Of a DNA stretch of 64,000 nt, positions 1 to 12,818 are shown piece by piece. A program made the translations under genes and the position numbers. A model generated the notes under the pieces. That model made no database searches, was not told the DNA's origin, and was given only the letters and a program-made list of their open reading frames with translations. This DNA is from Antechinus flavipes (Eukaryota), in NCBI RefSeq assembly GCF_016432865.1, contig NC_067402.1, positions 296,236,001 to 296,300,000 on the forward strand, read 5' to 3'. Each line of letters starts with the position of its first letter. Position 1 is the stretch's first letter.

Positions 1-1230
1 TTTTGTATCCTGCAACTTTGCTAAAGTTGTGAATTGTTTCTAATAGCTTTTTAGTAGAATCTCTGAGATTTTCTAAGTATACCATCATATCATCTGCAAA
101 GAGTGATAATTTGCTTTCCTCATTACCTACTCTAATTCCTCTTAATCTCTTTCTTGACTCTTATTGCCGAGGCTAGCATTTCTAATACAATATTGAATAA
201 GAATGGTGATAGTGGGCAACCTTGTTTCATTCCTGATCTCACTGGGAAAGGTTCCAGTTTATCCCCATTACACATGATGCTTACTGACGGTTTTACGTAT
301 ATGCTCCTGACTATTTTAAGGAAAAATGCATTTATTCCTCTCAAGTGTTTTTTTTTTTTAATTAGGAATGGATGTTGGATTTTATCAAATGTTTTTTCTG
401 CATCTATTGAAATGATCTTATGGTTTTTGTTAATTTGGTTATTGATGTAGTCAATTATGCTAATAGTTTTCCTAATATTGAACCAGCCCTGCATTCCTGG
501 TATAAATCCTACTTGGCAATTTTTATGCTAATATTTTATTTACGATTTTAGCATCAATATTCATTAGGAAGATTGGTCTATAATTTTCTTTCTCTGTTTT
601 CAATCTACCTGGTTTAGGTATCAATACCATGTCTGTGTCATAAAAGGAATTTGGTAGGACTCCTTCAATCCCTATTTTTTCACATAGTTTATATAGCATT
701 GGAGTTAATTGTTCTTTAAATGTTTGGTAGAATTCCCATGTAAATCCATCTGGTCCTGGGGATTTTTTCTTAGGGAGTTTGTTAATAGCTTGTTCTATTT
801 CTTTTTTTTAAAGTGGGACTGTTTACTTCTTCCTCTGTTAATCTGGGCAAGCTATATTTTTGAAGGTATTCTTCCATTTCATTTAAGTTATTGAATTTAT
901 TGGGATAAAGTTGGGCAAAGTAATTCCTAATTATTGCTCTAATTTCCTCTTCATTAGTGACAAGTTCTCTCTTTTCATTTTTAAGACTAACAATTTGAGT
1001 TTTTTTCTTTCCTTTTTTAAATCAGATTTACTAAGGGTTTATCTATTTTGTTGTTTTTTTCATAGAACCAACTCTTAGTTTTATCAATTAATCCAATAGT
1101 TTTTTTTTTTACTTTGAATTTTATTAATCTCTTCTTTATTTTTAGAATTTCAAGTTTAGTGTTAGACTCGGGGAGGGGTTTAATTTGTTCCCTTTCTAGC
1201 ATTTTTAGTTGCAAGCCCAATTCATTGACC
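1..1230 (-). mobile_element. LINE-1 ORF2 fragment (RT and upstream region), decayed; runs off window start
   Basis: ORF 132-494 reads GWFNIRK...[16 protein letters not shown]...[18 protein letters not shown] (L1 RT motifs); ORF 1017-1220 reads KTKSWFYEKNNKIDKPL. Confidence 0.95.
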
Positions 1231-1370
1231 TAAAGCTTTGGATTTTCAAAACATGTGCACAGATAATTTTTCAACATTGATCCTTGCATAGCCTTGTGTT
1301 CCAAATTTTTCCTCCTTCCCCACACCCCCTCTCCTAGATGGCAAGCAATCCAATATATGTTACACATCAC
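1231..1370 (-). mobile_element. LINE-1 3' UTR fragment
   Basis: cctagatggcaagcaatccaatatatgtt matches the L1 3' UTR seen at 39.7 kb and 61.7 kb in this window. Confidence 0.6.
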
Positions 1371-2089
1371 ACTGTTTCCAATGCCTAAGAGGAGTGTATT
1401 CTTCCCTGCCCTGAACCCCTCCTCTTCCCACCAATCTTTTGTCAGTTGGAGTTCCTATCTTCCTTCAAGCCCAGTCGTTAAGATACCAAACCTTCCCTGC
1501 CTCTTTCCTGGGAAAGAGTTCTGTTGGAATAGACACCGGAGACATATAGTTCCAACCTGTAGCTGAGCAAGCATCCCGATAGGTGGATATTCAAGGGAAG
1601 TGAGCTCACCACTTCCTGAGATGACTCTTGTCTTTGGGGAAGCTCTCCAACTTAACAGATTTTCCTCACTTTTGTAGAATGTCAGGAGTCTGGGACTGTT
1701 GGGAGGGCCTACCAGAATGCCACATCTTACTTTGAAACAGCTCACCTACTATTTCTTCCAGGAAGTCTCCCTAGATTGCTCCACCCCACCAGCATCTCCC
1801 CCTCTGCCATAATCTACCATGGTGCCCACATCCTAAGTGATACAGCCTGGCACTTACATAGCATGCTGGATATCCTCAATTAGCTACAAGCGAGCATACG
1901 GGTGACCATGGTTCTGTTCTGCGGGAACAGGATTATACATCGATGTCTTTCATGTCCTTTGTAGCTCAAAGTGGAATACTTACTGTTCTTCACACACAGA
2001 GTTCTCCATCTTTGGCCTCCGTGCCTTTGCTCAGGGTATTCCCCCATGCTCAGGGTATTCAGGAGGAATGCCCTCCTCCCTCCCAACTG

Positions 2090-2300
2090 CTTCCATTCAA
2101 AGCCCAGGTCTTGCAGCACCTTTTGAAGGAAGCCTGTCTTTCTGTCCTTAAGTTCCCTTTGCTTTGTTTTTATTGAGAGGAGCACCTTTAGTTTCCCCAG
2201 AGAGACTGTAAGACTCTTGAGATCAGAAACTATTGCTTTTGGCCATCTCACTAGCACCTGACCTGGCATACAGTAGGTGCTTAATAAATACTATTTGATC
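2090..2300 (+). mobile_element. L2 LINE 3' end remnant
   Basis: gactgtaagactcttgag...cctggcatacagtaggtgcttaataaata is the typical L2 3' terminus; boundaries approximate. Confidence 0.6.
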
Positions 2301-2358
2301 AACTGACAGGTAGGGCTTTGGGTTCATGTATTCCATCTTTTTACAGATATAAAAGTTT

Positions 2359-2507
2359 NNNNNNNNNNNNNNNNNNNNNNNNNNNNNNNNNNNNNNNNNN
2401 NNNNNNNNNNNNNNNNNNNNNNNNNNNNNNNNNNNNNNNNNNNNNNNNNNNNNNNNNNNNNNNNNNNNNNNNNNNNNNNNNNNNNNNNNNNNNNNNNNNN
2501 NNNNNNN
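2359..2507. other. Assembly gap (149 N)
   Basis: Run of N. Confidence 1.
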
Positions 2508-3099
2508 CAGAGCTAGAGAGAGACAGAGACAAAAACAGATACAGAGAGACAAATCTCCCTTCATTTTTATCCAATTTAAAAAGCTTCTGTAGCTCCCCCT
2601 CCTCCATTTGGCCTTTCAAGCCCCTCCCAGCTGGGCTTGGTCCAAGCTTTCCAGACTGAGTCAGCAGCCTCAGGGTCTGTACACTTTGGGCAAAGTGGCG
2701 CACTCATTGTCACCGTATTCAACAATGACCATCTCCGGCCAGTGAGGGCTCTGCTCTTAGAGACAGCTCCTGCTGCTTACTCTTCCCATCATTCATATTT
2801 TTTTTTTAATAATTAGAAAATGCTTCAGAGAAAGATGAAGCAGACACAGGGTTTGGTGACATCCGGCTGACTTCCTGCCAGGTTCTGGATGCCCATTCTC
2901 TAGAAGGCAAAGGCTCAGCAGGGAAGTGAGTTGCCCACGGTCACATGACCAAATCAAACATCTCCCAGGGCCAAGAATGTGCGGTGAGCTTGGGGGAGGG
3001 GATGAGTGACTGCCCAGTGACGCCCCTGGGGGGGGGGGGGTTGGGGCTGCTTCTCAGTCCATCTTTACAATGCTGAAAGGACTCCTTGACTGACAGGCA

Positions 3100-3290
3100 G
3101 TTTCAATGCGTGTGGGCTCCCACAGAACAGCGGAGAAGCTCCAGACCTTCTCAGCCAAGCAAAGGCATGGGAAATCAGCCCACCGGGGCAGGGGAGGGAT
3201 CTGTCCCGGGCTGTCTAGCTTGTCAGTTCCCGCAAAGTACAAAACCTGGACCAGAGGGTCCAGAACTAGGAAAGCGATGGTTCCCTGACC
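3100..3290 (+). mobile_element. CR1/L3 remnant
   Basis: ggaccagagggtccagaactaggaaagcgatgg resembles the CR1/L3 3' region (recalled consensus). Confidence 0.4.
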
Positions 3291-3814
3291 CAGACCCCAC
3301 CCAGAGCCAGGGCAGAACATGGGAATATCTTTAAAATCTTATGCCAGAGGTGGGGAGCACACTGATGACCTGGAGGATGATCAGAGCAGGGGGAGCCCCT
3401 TGCAGGAGTGGAAGAGACTTGGGAGCTGTCCCAGGTCCTTGACCTTGTTCTTCTCAGCCCCATAGAAGAAGCAAAAGAGGAGAAGCAGCTGAGCCATAGA
3501 CTTAGATTTCATCATCTTTCCCCCTCCCAACCTCACTAGCCTCCTCTGAGTCCCAATTGAAAGGCCATCTTCTCCAGGAAGCCTTCCGGATCCCTCACAG
3601 CTCAGTGCTCTGCTCTGGACCGTCTCCAGCTAGGCTTATCCTTCGGCTGATTGCCTCTGTCTCTCCCATGAGATCTGCTCTCACCCACCCACATTTTCTA
3701 CCACTCTGGATGCTGTTCTCTCTCCTGTGCTTATCCTGAGAGGGATGCTCCCAGTTCATTAGCATAGGGGCCATGGACAAACTTCTTTCCCTGCTTTCCA
3801 TCTTTTTTTATTCC

Positions 3815-4220
3815 AGCTGTAAGAAATGAGTCTGGCGTGGCTCTATTTGAGAACAAGGTGATTCAGGCCAGTTAACAATGGTCTTGTGATGGAGAGCGCC
3901 ATCTGCACCCCAGAGAGGACTGTGGGAACTGAGTGTGGATCACAACACAGCATTCTCACTCTTTTTGTTGTTGGCTTGCTTGTTTATTCTTTCTCATTTC
4001 CCCCCTTTTTGTTCTGATTTTTCTTGTGCAGCATGGTAAATGTGGAAATATGTATAGAAAAAATTGCACCAGTTCAACACATATTGGATTAGTTTCCTTC
4101 TAAGGGAGGAGTGTAGGAAGAGAGGGAGAAAAAAAAATTGGAACAAGGGCTTACAAAGGTGAATGATGAAAACTATGCATGTATTTTAAAAATAAAAAGC
4201 TAAAAAAAGAAAAGAAAAGA
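3815..4220 (+). mobile_element. 5'-truncated LINE-1 3' end
   Basis: Marsupial L1 3' UTR (gaggactgtgggaactgagtgtggatcacaac...), ending aataaaaagctaaaaaaag. Confidence 0.75.
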
Positions 4221-4833
4221 AATGGGTCTGGGGTATTTGTTCTGCGTTGATCATCCTCCCTGAGTTTAGGTGAGCCTCCTATGCCAACCATGACAACCTT
4301 GGAGCCAGGATTACGGCCAGCCCCAAGAAGCCGAATGATTACTTGGTTTAGACCTCCTAGACCTGCTCCAGAAAAAGCCCCTTCCCCTATGAGGGAAGAG
4401 CTGCAGGGAGAAGCTTCCCTTGGTGGAGGATTCAGAACTTTGCAGGGAACTCTTGTCTCCCATCAGAAGCTCTGCTTGGTTTGGGCTCCTCACAAGCATC
4501 ATGTCCTCCTCCGAACTCCACAGTGGCTACTGCTTTTTCAGTTCCCTGTTTTGCCTCATTAGATTGTAAGGTCCTTGAGGAAGGTTCTGTCTTTTTCTTA
4601 TTTTTATCCCCAGAACTTAACACAGTGCCTATAAAATTTTGTCCAGGAGTTATTAGGGAAGCTAAAGACCACACAGGAAAAAGTACTTCATGGATCCCCG
4701 GACCAGGGTCAAACAGCGTGGGTTCCGGGGGCTGGCTCTTGCTCTTGCTAGATGGGCAAGTCCCCTCCTCTCCCCCTGCCATCCCACAGGTTGGAATTTC
4801 TACTCTGAGAATGGGGGCATATGCCAAGAGAGG

Positions 4834-4836
<3 letters not shown>

Positions 4837-4867
<31 letters not shown>
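4837..4867. repeat. (GT)n microsatellite
   Basis: Perfect GT run. Confidence 0.95.
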
Positions 4868-4868
<1 letters not shown>

Positions 4869-4938
4869 ATGTAATAACTATAATGTAAAACTAAAAGACT
4901 TCAGTAAATTGTGTTTTATAATGATAGAAAAAATGTAA

Positions 4939-5123
4939 GGGCAGCTAGGGGGGCGCAGTGGACAGAACACCAGCCCTGAAGTCAGGAGGACCTGAGTTCA
5001 AATTTGACCTCAGACACTTTACACTTCCCAGCTGTGTGAGCCTGGGCAAGTCACTTAACCCCAGTTGCCTTGGGGGGGGGGGGTGCGGAGAGAAAGAAAA
5101 GAAAAGAAAAAAGAAAAGAAAAA
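4939..5123 (+). mobile_element. WSINE1-type tRNA/CORE SINE
   Basis: gggcagctagg...gcagtggacagaacaccagccctgaagtcaggaggacctgagttcaaat (A/B boxes), CORE gggcaagtcacttaaccc, A-rich tail. Confidence 0.85.
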
Positions 5124-6748
5124 AATGTGAGCTAGTGTCTGAAGTTCCTTCTGGCCCAGTTGTCTCCCCGGTTTCCCCAACTATGTGTAAATCTGCTTCT
5201 GTTTAGTGCTGAGCTGGGTTTGCAGAGATGCCCTGACTGTGGTTGCCCAGATGAGCCTCGACTCTTTATTGGGGAGAGGAACAAGGTACTACCCTCTGCG
5301 CTGGCGTGAAACCAGGTGGGAGGGGACAGTCTGGCCTCTGTGGGAGACGCTCAAGAGAGATAGGGAGGGGGAAAGGTGTAAACGAGCATCATCATCCCCC
5401 ATGTCCCCAGAAGTGCAGCCACTGACCCAGAGTGCTGGGGGTCCGGGCCTGCCCTTGGCCCAGGGATTCTCTGCCTCTGTCTCCCTGTCTGTGTCTCTGT
5501 TTCTCCCTCGATGTATGTGTCCTGATTTGAGCGGAGATCTCATCTTGCTTTGAGCTGGAGAGTTCATTTCCCTTGTGCATTATTCTCCAGTATATTCTGA
5601 TTTAGAGAACTCCCATCTGTTTCCTGTAATAAATGGGTTTACTATTTATGATTTGGTTGGCTTTTTTAAATGTGGCTAGCATTTGGTGGGAAGGAACTCA
5701 GCTAGGAGAGTAAATGTAGAGCTGTCACCTCCCTGTGGAATGACTGGAGAAGCAGCTTTCCTTTGTGCTTCTAGACCAGACAGATACTTGAAGTGAGGTG
5801 GGAAAATGGAATTCTAGGCTGGGACTCCCCTTGGGATTGGAGAAAAACTCTCCCAGCTTTTTTGGTGCTCCTGGGCCTGCCCACCTGCCCTCCTGCCCTG
5901 TTCCATGTTTTCCCTCACTCCTCATGCCCTATCACAGGCCCTCTTTCATTCACGTGAGCGACCTGTCCACAGCAGGTGACACCCGTGGGGCCCCTCCTAT
6001 CCCTGGCACCAGGCACTGGCCCCGAGTTCTTGCTGGGTGCGCCTGGGTAAGCCGTCAGCAGCTCCCCCTGAGTGAATGTTTGTCGCTGGTTCCTCATCAC
6101 CGGCTCCCTGACGTCATGGGATCGCAGCTGGAAGGAGTTGGGAAACTCCTGTCCTGACTCTCTTCTGTTTCCCAGAGTCCTGTCATAAAGGAAACCTCTA
6201 GCCTGGGAGGGGAAAGCCTCAGACCACAGCTTTGTTCCTACTAACTGGCGTGGGCTGGGGTTAGGTTCAGGAACCTCTGAAAGACTAGCTTGGCAGGGAT
6301 TTGAACTCAGATCCCTAAACCCATCCCTTTCCCAGCCTTCCATGCCATCTCTGGTCACAAACAGGTCTGGGGACAGATGGGCTCCCCTGTCTCAGGCTTA
6401 CTCACTTCAGGGGCTCCATCTGCTTTGCAGGTACAATAGAACCCGGTACGTTTGGTCTTTCCCTCCCGGCCCCCCTCCCCTGCCCATCCCCCTCACTGAA
6501 GGGCTTCAAGCAGAATTGACACATCCCTTTGTCAAGGAAGCTGTCCCAGTAGGCACTGGCCCAGATGGCAGTCCCCATGCGCCTAGTTCAGAGGCTTTGG
6601 GATTCAATGTTGGGACACTCTGGCCAGACTAAGCCCCCTTTGGCAACATATCATGGAGGGGCAGAGGGTTTGGAAGGCTCCGAAAAGCTCCATGCTTCAG
6701 GGTGCCTCCGGGTGCTTCCCTGCTTGGTGTCCACCCAGAAAGGTGGTC

Positions 6749-7273
6749 AGGGGCTCGCGTGGCCCCCCTGGGCGGACCAGCTTGGGCCAGCTCTGGGGAG
6801 CTGGAGCTCGCGTGGCCCCCCTGGCCGGACCAGCTTGGGCCGGCTCTGGGGAGCAGGGGCTCGCGCGGCCCCCTGGCCGGACCAGCTTGGGCCGGCTCTG
6901 GGGAGCTGGAGCTCGCGTGGCCCCCCTGGCCGGACCAGCTTGGGCCGGCTCTGGGGAGCAGGGGCTCGCGCGGCCCCCTGGCCGGACCAGCTTGGGCCGG
7001 CTCTGGGGAGCTGGAGCTCGCTGGGCCCCCCTGGCCGGACCAGCTTGGGCCGGCTCTGGGGAGCTGGAGCTCGCGGGGGCCCCCCTGGGCGGACCAGCTT
7101 GGGCCGGCTCTGGGGAGCAGGGGCTCGCGCGGCCCCCTGGCCGGACCAGCTTGGGCCGGCTCTGGGGAGCTGGAGCTCATGGGGCCCCCCTGGCCGGACC
7201 AGCTTGGGCCGGCTCTGGGGAGCTGGAGCTCGCTGGGCCCCCCTGGCCGGACCAGCTTGGGCCGGCTCTGGGG
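6749..7273. repeat. GC-rich minisatellite, about 10 x 52-54 bp
   Basis: Core gaccagcttgggcc starts at 6775, 6828, 6880, 6933, 6985, 7038, 7092, 7144, 7197 and 7250. Confidence 0.95.
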
Positions 7274-10200
7274 AACACATTGTTAATTACTCAATGGGAG
7301 CATTTGTGTCTTGGAAATCAGCACAGGCTAAAAGCAGGAGCCGATCTATTGTTTGGATAATTGTCTAGACTTGTGAAGGTGAAGGAGAAAATGTTCACAT
7401 TAAGTTTATGGAAGTGAAAGGGAGAAGGCGCATTTATTTGTCTTTCCCCCAAGAGCTGATTGTTAAACATTTACCAGCATCCCCCAAGGCAGGGTCCTTC
7501 AGGGCATCTCTGTCAAGGTCACTCGGGTTCTGCAAACGTGGGTCTGGCTCCAGGCTGGGTGCCCCCGAACCCAGCAGCGGTCCGGACCCTGCTGCCCAGC
7601 CAGGGCCTACCTGAGCTGGCTTTCTGAGAGATCAGAGATCCCGCAGGGACAGGGACGCCTGAGGGAGCTCCTCAGGGGGGATGGGGAGATGCGGGACGGG
7701 GGATGGGCAGGGCCAGCCCCATCTGCCACCCATCCGTGTTGTGACAGGTCTCGTCTGGCTTGACGCGAGGTGAGAACTCGGCGCACCAGGGCTGCCAATC
7801 TACGTCAGGGTCCCTGCTGGCCGCCCAACTGCCAGGGCAGCTGGCCCCAAGGGTGCCCGCGGAGAAGCGTCTGCTTTGAGTTACCGTGCCAGGAATGGCG
7901 CCCGCCCTTGGGTGGCAGACTGCCATGGCTGCACCGTCCCCCGCAGACTCCCAGATCCAGCCCAGCCTCTGAAGACGAGCCCTCCCCCGGGGCAAGGAGC
8001 AGCAGATGAGGCTCCGCTGCCAGGGTCTTTCTGGGGCTAGCAGAGTCAGACGGCGGAGGGAGGACCCCACGGTCCGCCTCAGCCTGTTTCCTTCTCCATG
8101 ATGTGAGGGGAGCTGTCCCACCGACCCTCCTCAGGGCTGCGACTTTCCTGGGGCAGCCCCCAGCCCTGCTTCCAAGGGGAGCAGCCACCTCCAGGGGAGC
8201 AGCAACAGGGCTGGGCAGGAAGGCCCCAGGCCTGGCACCCTAGACATTGGCTGCAGCTGACTGCAAAACATTAGGGGTGGGGGCTGTAAGGGCCTCTTTG
8301 GAAGGGCTGAGGGATCGTGGGCGGGTCCGCCATCTCCTCCCATTTTAATGGGGCTCCTTATCTGATGTCTTCCGAGAGGGTCGAGTTCCATGCCCAGTTT
8401 CTGATGATAAAATAACGGCACAAAACCATTTTCCCTCTGGCCTGGCCTCTGAGACTCACCGGAGCCCACAGAGCCAGGCCCAGCCAGCCTTCTCTGGAGG
8501 CAGCAGCTTGGCCGAGCCTCCCGAGGCCCTTAGAGGCCGCCGCCAGCTCTCTGGGCCCGAGTGGTCTCCCCCCAGCCCCTGCCCCATCCACGCAGGGGCC
8601 GGGCCTTGTCCATCCCACCCCACGTGGTCTTTCCCTTTCTTCTCCACTCACAGTCACCGCAGCAAAGCAATCCCTCAGCCTCCAAAATCTTATTGTTCAA
8701 ATGAGCACAACGGTCCCAGCATTCTGCCCACCTTTGCTCTGTTCTCTCCCTCTCCCTGTGTCTCTCTCTGTCTCTCTGGGTCTCTGTCTCTCTGTGTCTG
8801 TGTGTTTTGTGTGTCTTTCCCTCTCCCACCTATTTCCTGGACACCATAGCCGATCATTGCGATTCCCTGACTGACAATAAGAACCAGAGTTTCCCAACCT
8901 CGGAGGCCTGCAGGGCTACAAAGCTTTGCCTTGGGAAGGAGCCCATGGGGGCGGGGGGAGCTCACTCCCAGTCCCATTTACAGGAAATTTCCATAAAATC
9001 CCCTAAGAGAAAAGACGGCCCAGTGGTCCCCACATTTACGGCCTGACTCCAGCCTGCTTTTCCCCATTTCCTCATTCACCCCTTCCTCTAGTCAAGCCAG
9101 GCCCCCTCCCCCTGAGTCTTGCTCCTTTCAGCTGGCTCACGGAGGACTCGCCTTCCCACTGCCACCTTCTTGAGTCCTGCCCTGGCCCTCCTGGAAGCCT
9201 TCCTGATTGTTCCGGCCCAAAGCACTCTAGCCACTGTCCGGACCCCAAGGCTATGGCTCTCCGACCTTTGCCAGAGTCCGGGGCTTCTGAAGGGCCCGCT
9301 CAGCCAGCCTGGCTCCTCAGCCCCGCCTGCCCTCCCATTCACAAAGGGAAGGGCAAGTGCCAGGCTGGAAAGGCTCCGGGTGCCGCCCTTCACCAGCTTA
9401 CGCTGTGCCCACCTTTCCTCAGTCAGAAGTTAGGAAGGAAGTGGCAAGCAGAGAGCTGGACAGATGTAAAAACTGGGAGGAAGTTTATGCTGAACGACAG
9501 ATCTGGGAAGATTTGCATCCTAAGATCTTTTAGCTGAAGGCCCCCCTTCTTACTGGGGATCTTGTGGCTGTGCAGGTGCCCAGCAGGGGTAAATACTGGG
9601 CCACCCACAGAGCCGAGTCCAGCCCATCCACTTGTCACAGGCAGCCAGTCCGGGCCAGTGAAGAGCTCACTGTCCTGCCCTCACAGAGGGGCTTCTGTCC
9701 CTCGGCTCCCCCCTTTCCAAGCCTGGGTCCATGGGCACTTCCCCAGCACCTTGGCTCCTGCCCACCAGGCGTGGTCCTACAGACGCTGACCTCCGCCCAT
9801 CTCAGACTTTCCTCTGGGCTCCCAGAATCCTCCCCAGTTCCTGCCTCCACCAGTGTCTCTACTGGTGACTCCGAGTTGAGGACCTGTCCGCCTTCCCTCT
9901 CCCAAAGAGATTTGCCCCAGAAGTTTCCTTTTTTGACTTGAAAACAAGACAGCGAGCCAGCCACTCCAGAGCAGGTCTTTATAGGGTTCACTTTTGATGA
10001 GAAGGGAGAGCGCCCAGGAAGTGAGAGGGGTGCCCAGAGTCACCCACCAGGACACAGCAACTTCAGCTAGAGGCTATTGGAAAGACGGGCACCACATTCA
10101 CAGGCCCCCCCCAAACTCTCCAAGGGCTCTGCTCTCCTACTGTGATCCCGGAGCTCCTCCCCAGGACCCAGAAGTCTCCACCCTGTTCTGGGACCCTCCC

Positions 10201-10761
10201 CAGGCCCCCTGAGGCTCCTCATCCTGGGACAGCTCTGCAGCCTTGGGACCCCTGCCCTGCCCTCTGCTTTAGGGGGGCCGTGACTCCCCCACCTCATTTC
10301 TCACCTGACCTGCTTCTCTATCCTGTGCCTGAAGAGTCAGAATTCTTCCCTGCCTCCCCCGGCCTTCTTGCCCTGCTTTCAGCTTCCATTTGTGGGTTGA
10401 ACCCCCTCCTCTGATTGGAAGCCTTCCAATACGGGCAGGACTCGTTTTGGCATTTGGAGGGGCGCCTGGTCTAAACAGTAGGTGCCTAATAATGACTTCT
10501 TCACTATTGGCAGCATCTCCAGCAACATCATTCAGGCAGCGAGGGAGAGGAAACAGGATTGTGCAGGGGGTAGAGCGCCAGTGGGCCCAGAGTCTAAGGT
10601 GGCTTTGGACACATCCTGGCTGGGTGACCCTGGGCAAGATGCTAACCCTTAAACAGAGGGGACGAGAAAGTGGCAAGACCCCAAGTGGGGCAGAGAAAGT
10701 CGGGCTCGGGCAGGAATGACCAGAGAAAAGTGGGAGGGCTCCAGGCCTGCCTCAGACACAG

Positions 10762-10925
10762 TCCCCTAGCTGTGCAATCCACATGGAGTTTTTGGGTGCC
10801 TCAGTTTTCTCATCTATAAAATGGGGATAACAACTACTCTGAACTTAGAGGGCTGTTGTGAAGGAGCCTGTGCAAGGCGAGTGCTTGGCAAGCCTTGAAA
10901 CCGCTGTGAAATGTGGGTTATTACT
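10762..10925 (+). mobile_element. MIR-type SINE remnant
   Basis: cctcagttttctcatctataaaatggggataac...gttgtgaagg...gtgcttggcaagccttgaaaccgctgtgaaatg. Confidence 0.7.
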
Positions 10926-12657
10926 CTGGGCATGGCCGTAACTCTTGTCCCTGGGCCCGTGCTCCCATGGCTCCTGTTGCTGCCCCCTTGATATCAGTGA
11001 AAATCGCAGGACCCGGGGTCTCGCCTGAGCAAGGTACTTTTACTGACAAGCTTTGGCAAAGCTCAGAGATGACGGTGTCCCAGAGGAGGGGCTTTCTTAG
11101 CCTCCGACACCTCCCGACTCCAAACCGTCCCCATCATTTTGGAGCCGAGGTCATTGCCGGATATGCTGGATGAGCGCATTCGCTCCCTGCTGAGCTGGGG
11201 CCTCGGGGTCACTCCTTAGGGTCTCCACGGGAGAGACCACTGGCTCTCCACCCTCCCCAGAGGGCCGGCTCTGTCTCAGGTACAAGGGCCTGGCCACCCT
11301 TCCCCCAGATCCAAGTTCTTTGGAGCACAGGACATGGCCCAGTGATCGCTGTCTGCATCCCCCCGAGGCTCCTGGGACTCTGGCTGCCGTGCTGCTCCCC
11401 GGGACACCCGTGCACTGATCTCTCCCTCTGCTCTCCGAGGCAGGCAGGGGAGCGAGCCCCGAGCTCAGAGAGTCGGGGCCCAGGCTGTCCCATTGTCAGA
11501 GTCCGAGGCCTGCCCGCACAGGGCACAAAGAAAGAGACTCTGCGCTCTCCAGACTGTGAGGATCGCTCTGGCTTCCTAGTGCTGCTCTGCTTCCTCGCGT
11601 AAAACAAAAGCATCAGGCCGGGTGGTCTCTGAGGTCCCTTCTCACTCTGTGTCTGCGTGCCAGCCGTGACAGAGGCTCGGGAGGACGGAGCTGCTGGAGA
11701 GGCCCCTCGGAAGCTTGGACCTGGAGCTCCAGCTCGCCTGCTCACTTCCCACTCCCCAAACCTTCTCAGGGTTCTAGGAGCTGAGAGGGTCTGGACCGTT
11801 GCTCACATCCCCAACTTCGAGCTTCCCACGGACAAGCAGTTTTTTGAAAAAGGAATTACTAAGAAGGGATAGTTAAAAAGTCCCTCCAAAAAAGGGGCTT
11901 TCTCCCACAAATTCGGGCAGCATCTCCAAGAAGAGGGGGCTCCGCTGTAGAGGATGAGGGATGAAGTTCAAGCACTGAGTACTTTAGGGATGTGTGAATG
12001 TCTCCTCCGAGCCCAGGAATGGGGCCTGGGAGTGATTCAGGGGGCGTCCTTCCCCAGGGCGGGTTGGCGGTTTCTCTGCAATGTGCCATCTTTGAGATCT
12101 GGCTAGAGCCTGGAGAGGTCCCGCAGCCAGACCTGAAGCACGGGGCTTTCTGGTACCGAGGCCGGCTCTCCATCCCCTGTCCTCAGCTGTCCGGGTGTAC
12201 GCTTCGTGGGCATCAGTTGGCTTCCCCGGCAAAGAGTACCGCTCAGCGGCAGGTCACTGAGTTCTCCCCTTTCTGAGGAGGCGACGCACTGGAGGAGATG
12301 GGGGAGAGATGGGGCGGGCTGCTCCATTGAGAACCCAAGAGCTCCCATGTGCCAGGCCCAGTCCGAGGCGCCAGAGGCATGGATACCAGGCTTGGGCTCT
12401 CCCACGTGATGAGCCTCCGCGGATGTCCCATCCAGTCCAGGTCAGCTCCCCCCCAGCTCTCCAGAGCCCTCGGTCAGTCTGGGGGAGGGACGCCTGCCCG
12501 TGAGCTTGCACGGTCTCACCCGGTCGGGGGGGGGGGTCTCAGCGACCCCCGTGACTCTTAAACGCCAGCTTCTTCACCTTTTGCACGGACTGCTCCCACA
12601 GGCACCACGTACCGCGTGAGACTTTTGAGTGGCAAATCTTTAGTGGAGCTCAGTAGG

Positions 12658-12785
12658 CCAATGGGATGGGGGCCACTTGGGTTCTCTCTGGCGCTGGCCA
12701 TCATTGGCCCGGAGAATTCCCCCCACATTCTCTTCTGGCATCACAGAGGCCCAGGCCTGTGATTGGCCGGAGGAGTGGACATTGG
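12658..12785 (+). promoter_or_regulatory. ACR proximal promoter: cluster of four CCAAT/ATTGG boxes, no obvious TATA
   Basis: CCAAT at 12658; ATTGG at 12703, 12762 and 12781; all within 160 bp upstream of the ATG at 12819. Confidence 0.5.
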
Positions 12786-12818
12786 GAATTCTTCCAGGCT
12801 TCCAGTGCAAGCTGTAGG

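Noticed and set aside
3054-3320. 88-aa minus ORF (AFLVLDPLVQVLYFAG...) that looks protein-like
   Set aside because: It overlaps a plus-strand CR1/L3 remnant, has a weak acceptor and has no recognisable homologue
5240-6250. Several good-looking splice sites on both strands and a minus-strand AATAAA at 5265-5270
   Set aside because: No consistent multi-exon frame could be built; one implied intron would be only 37 nt
6749-7273. Regularly spaced repeats superficially like a CRISPR array
   Set aside because: Mammalian DNA; the units are contiguous and there are no unique spacers
6565-7368. ORFs of 177-267 aa in five frames
   Set aside because: They are produced by a 52-54 bp GC minisatellite lacking stop codons; the unit length is mostly not a multiple of 3
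7600-10700. Many 60-150 aa ORFs and minus-strand donors at about 7610 and 8460
   Set aside because: GC-rich stop-poor DNA with L2/MIR remnants; no domain signal and no phase-consistent chain
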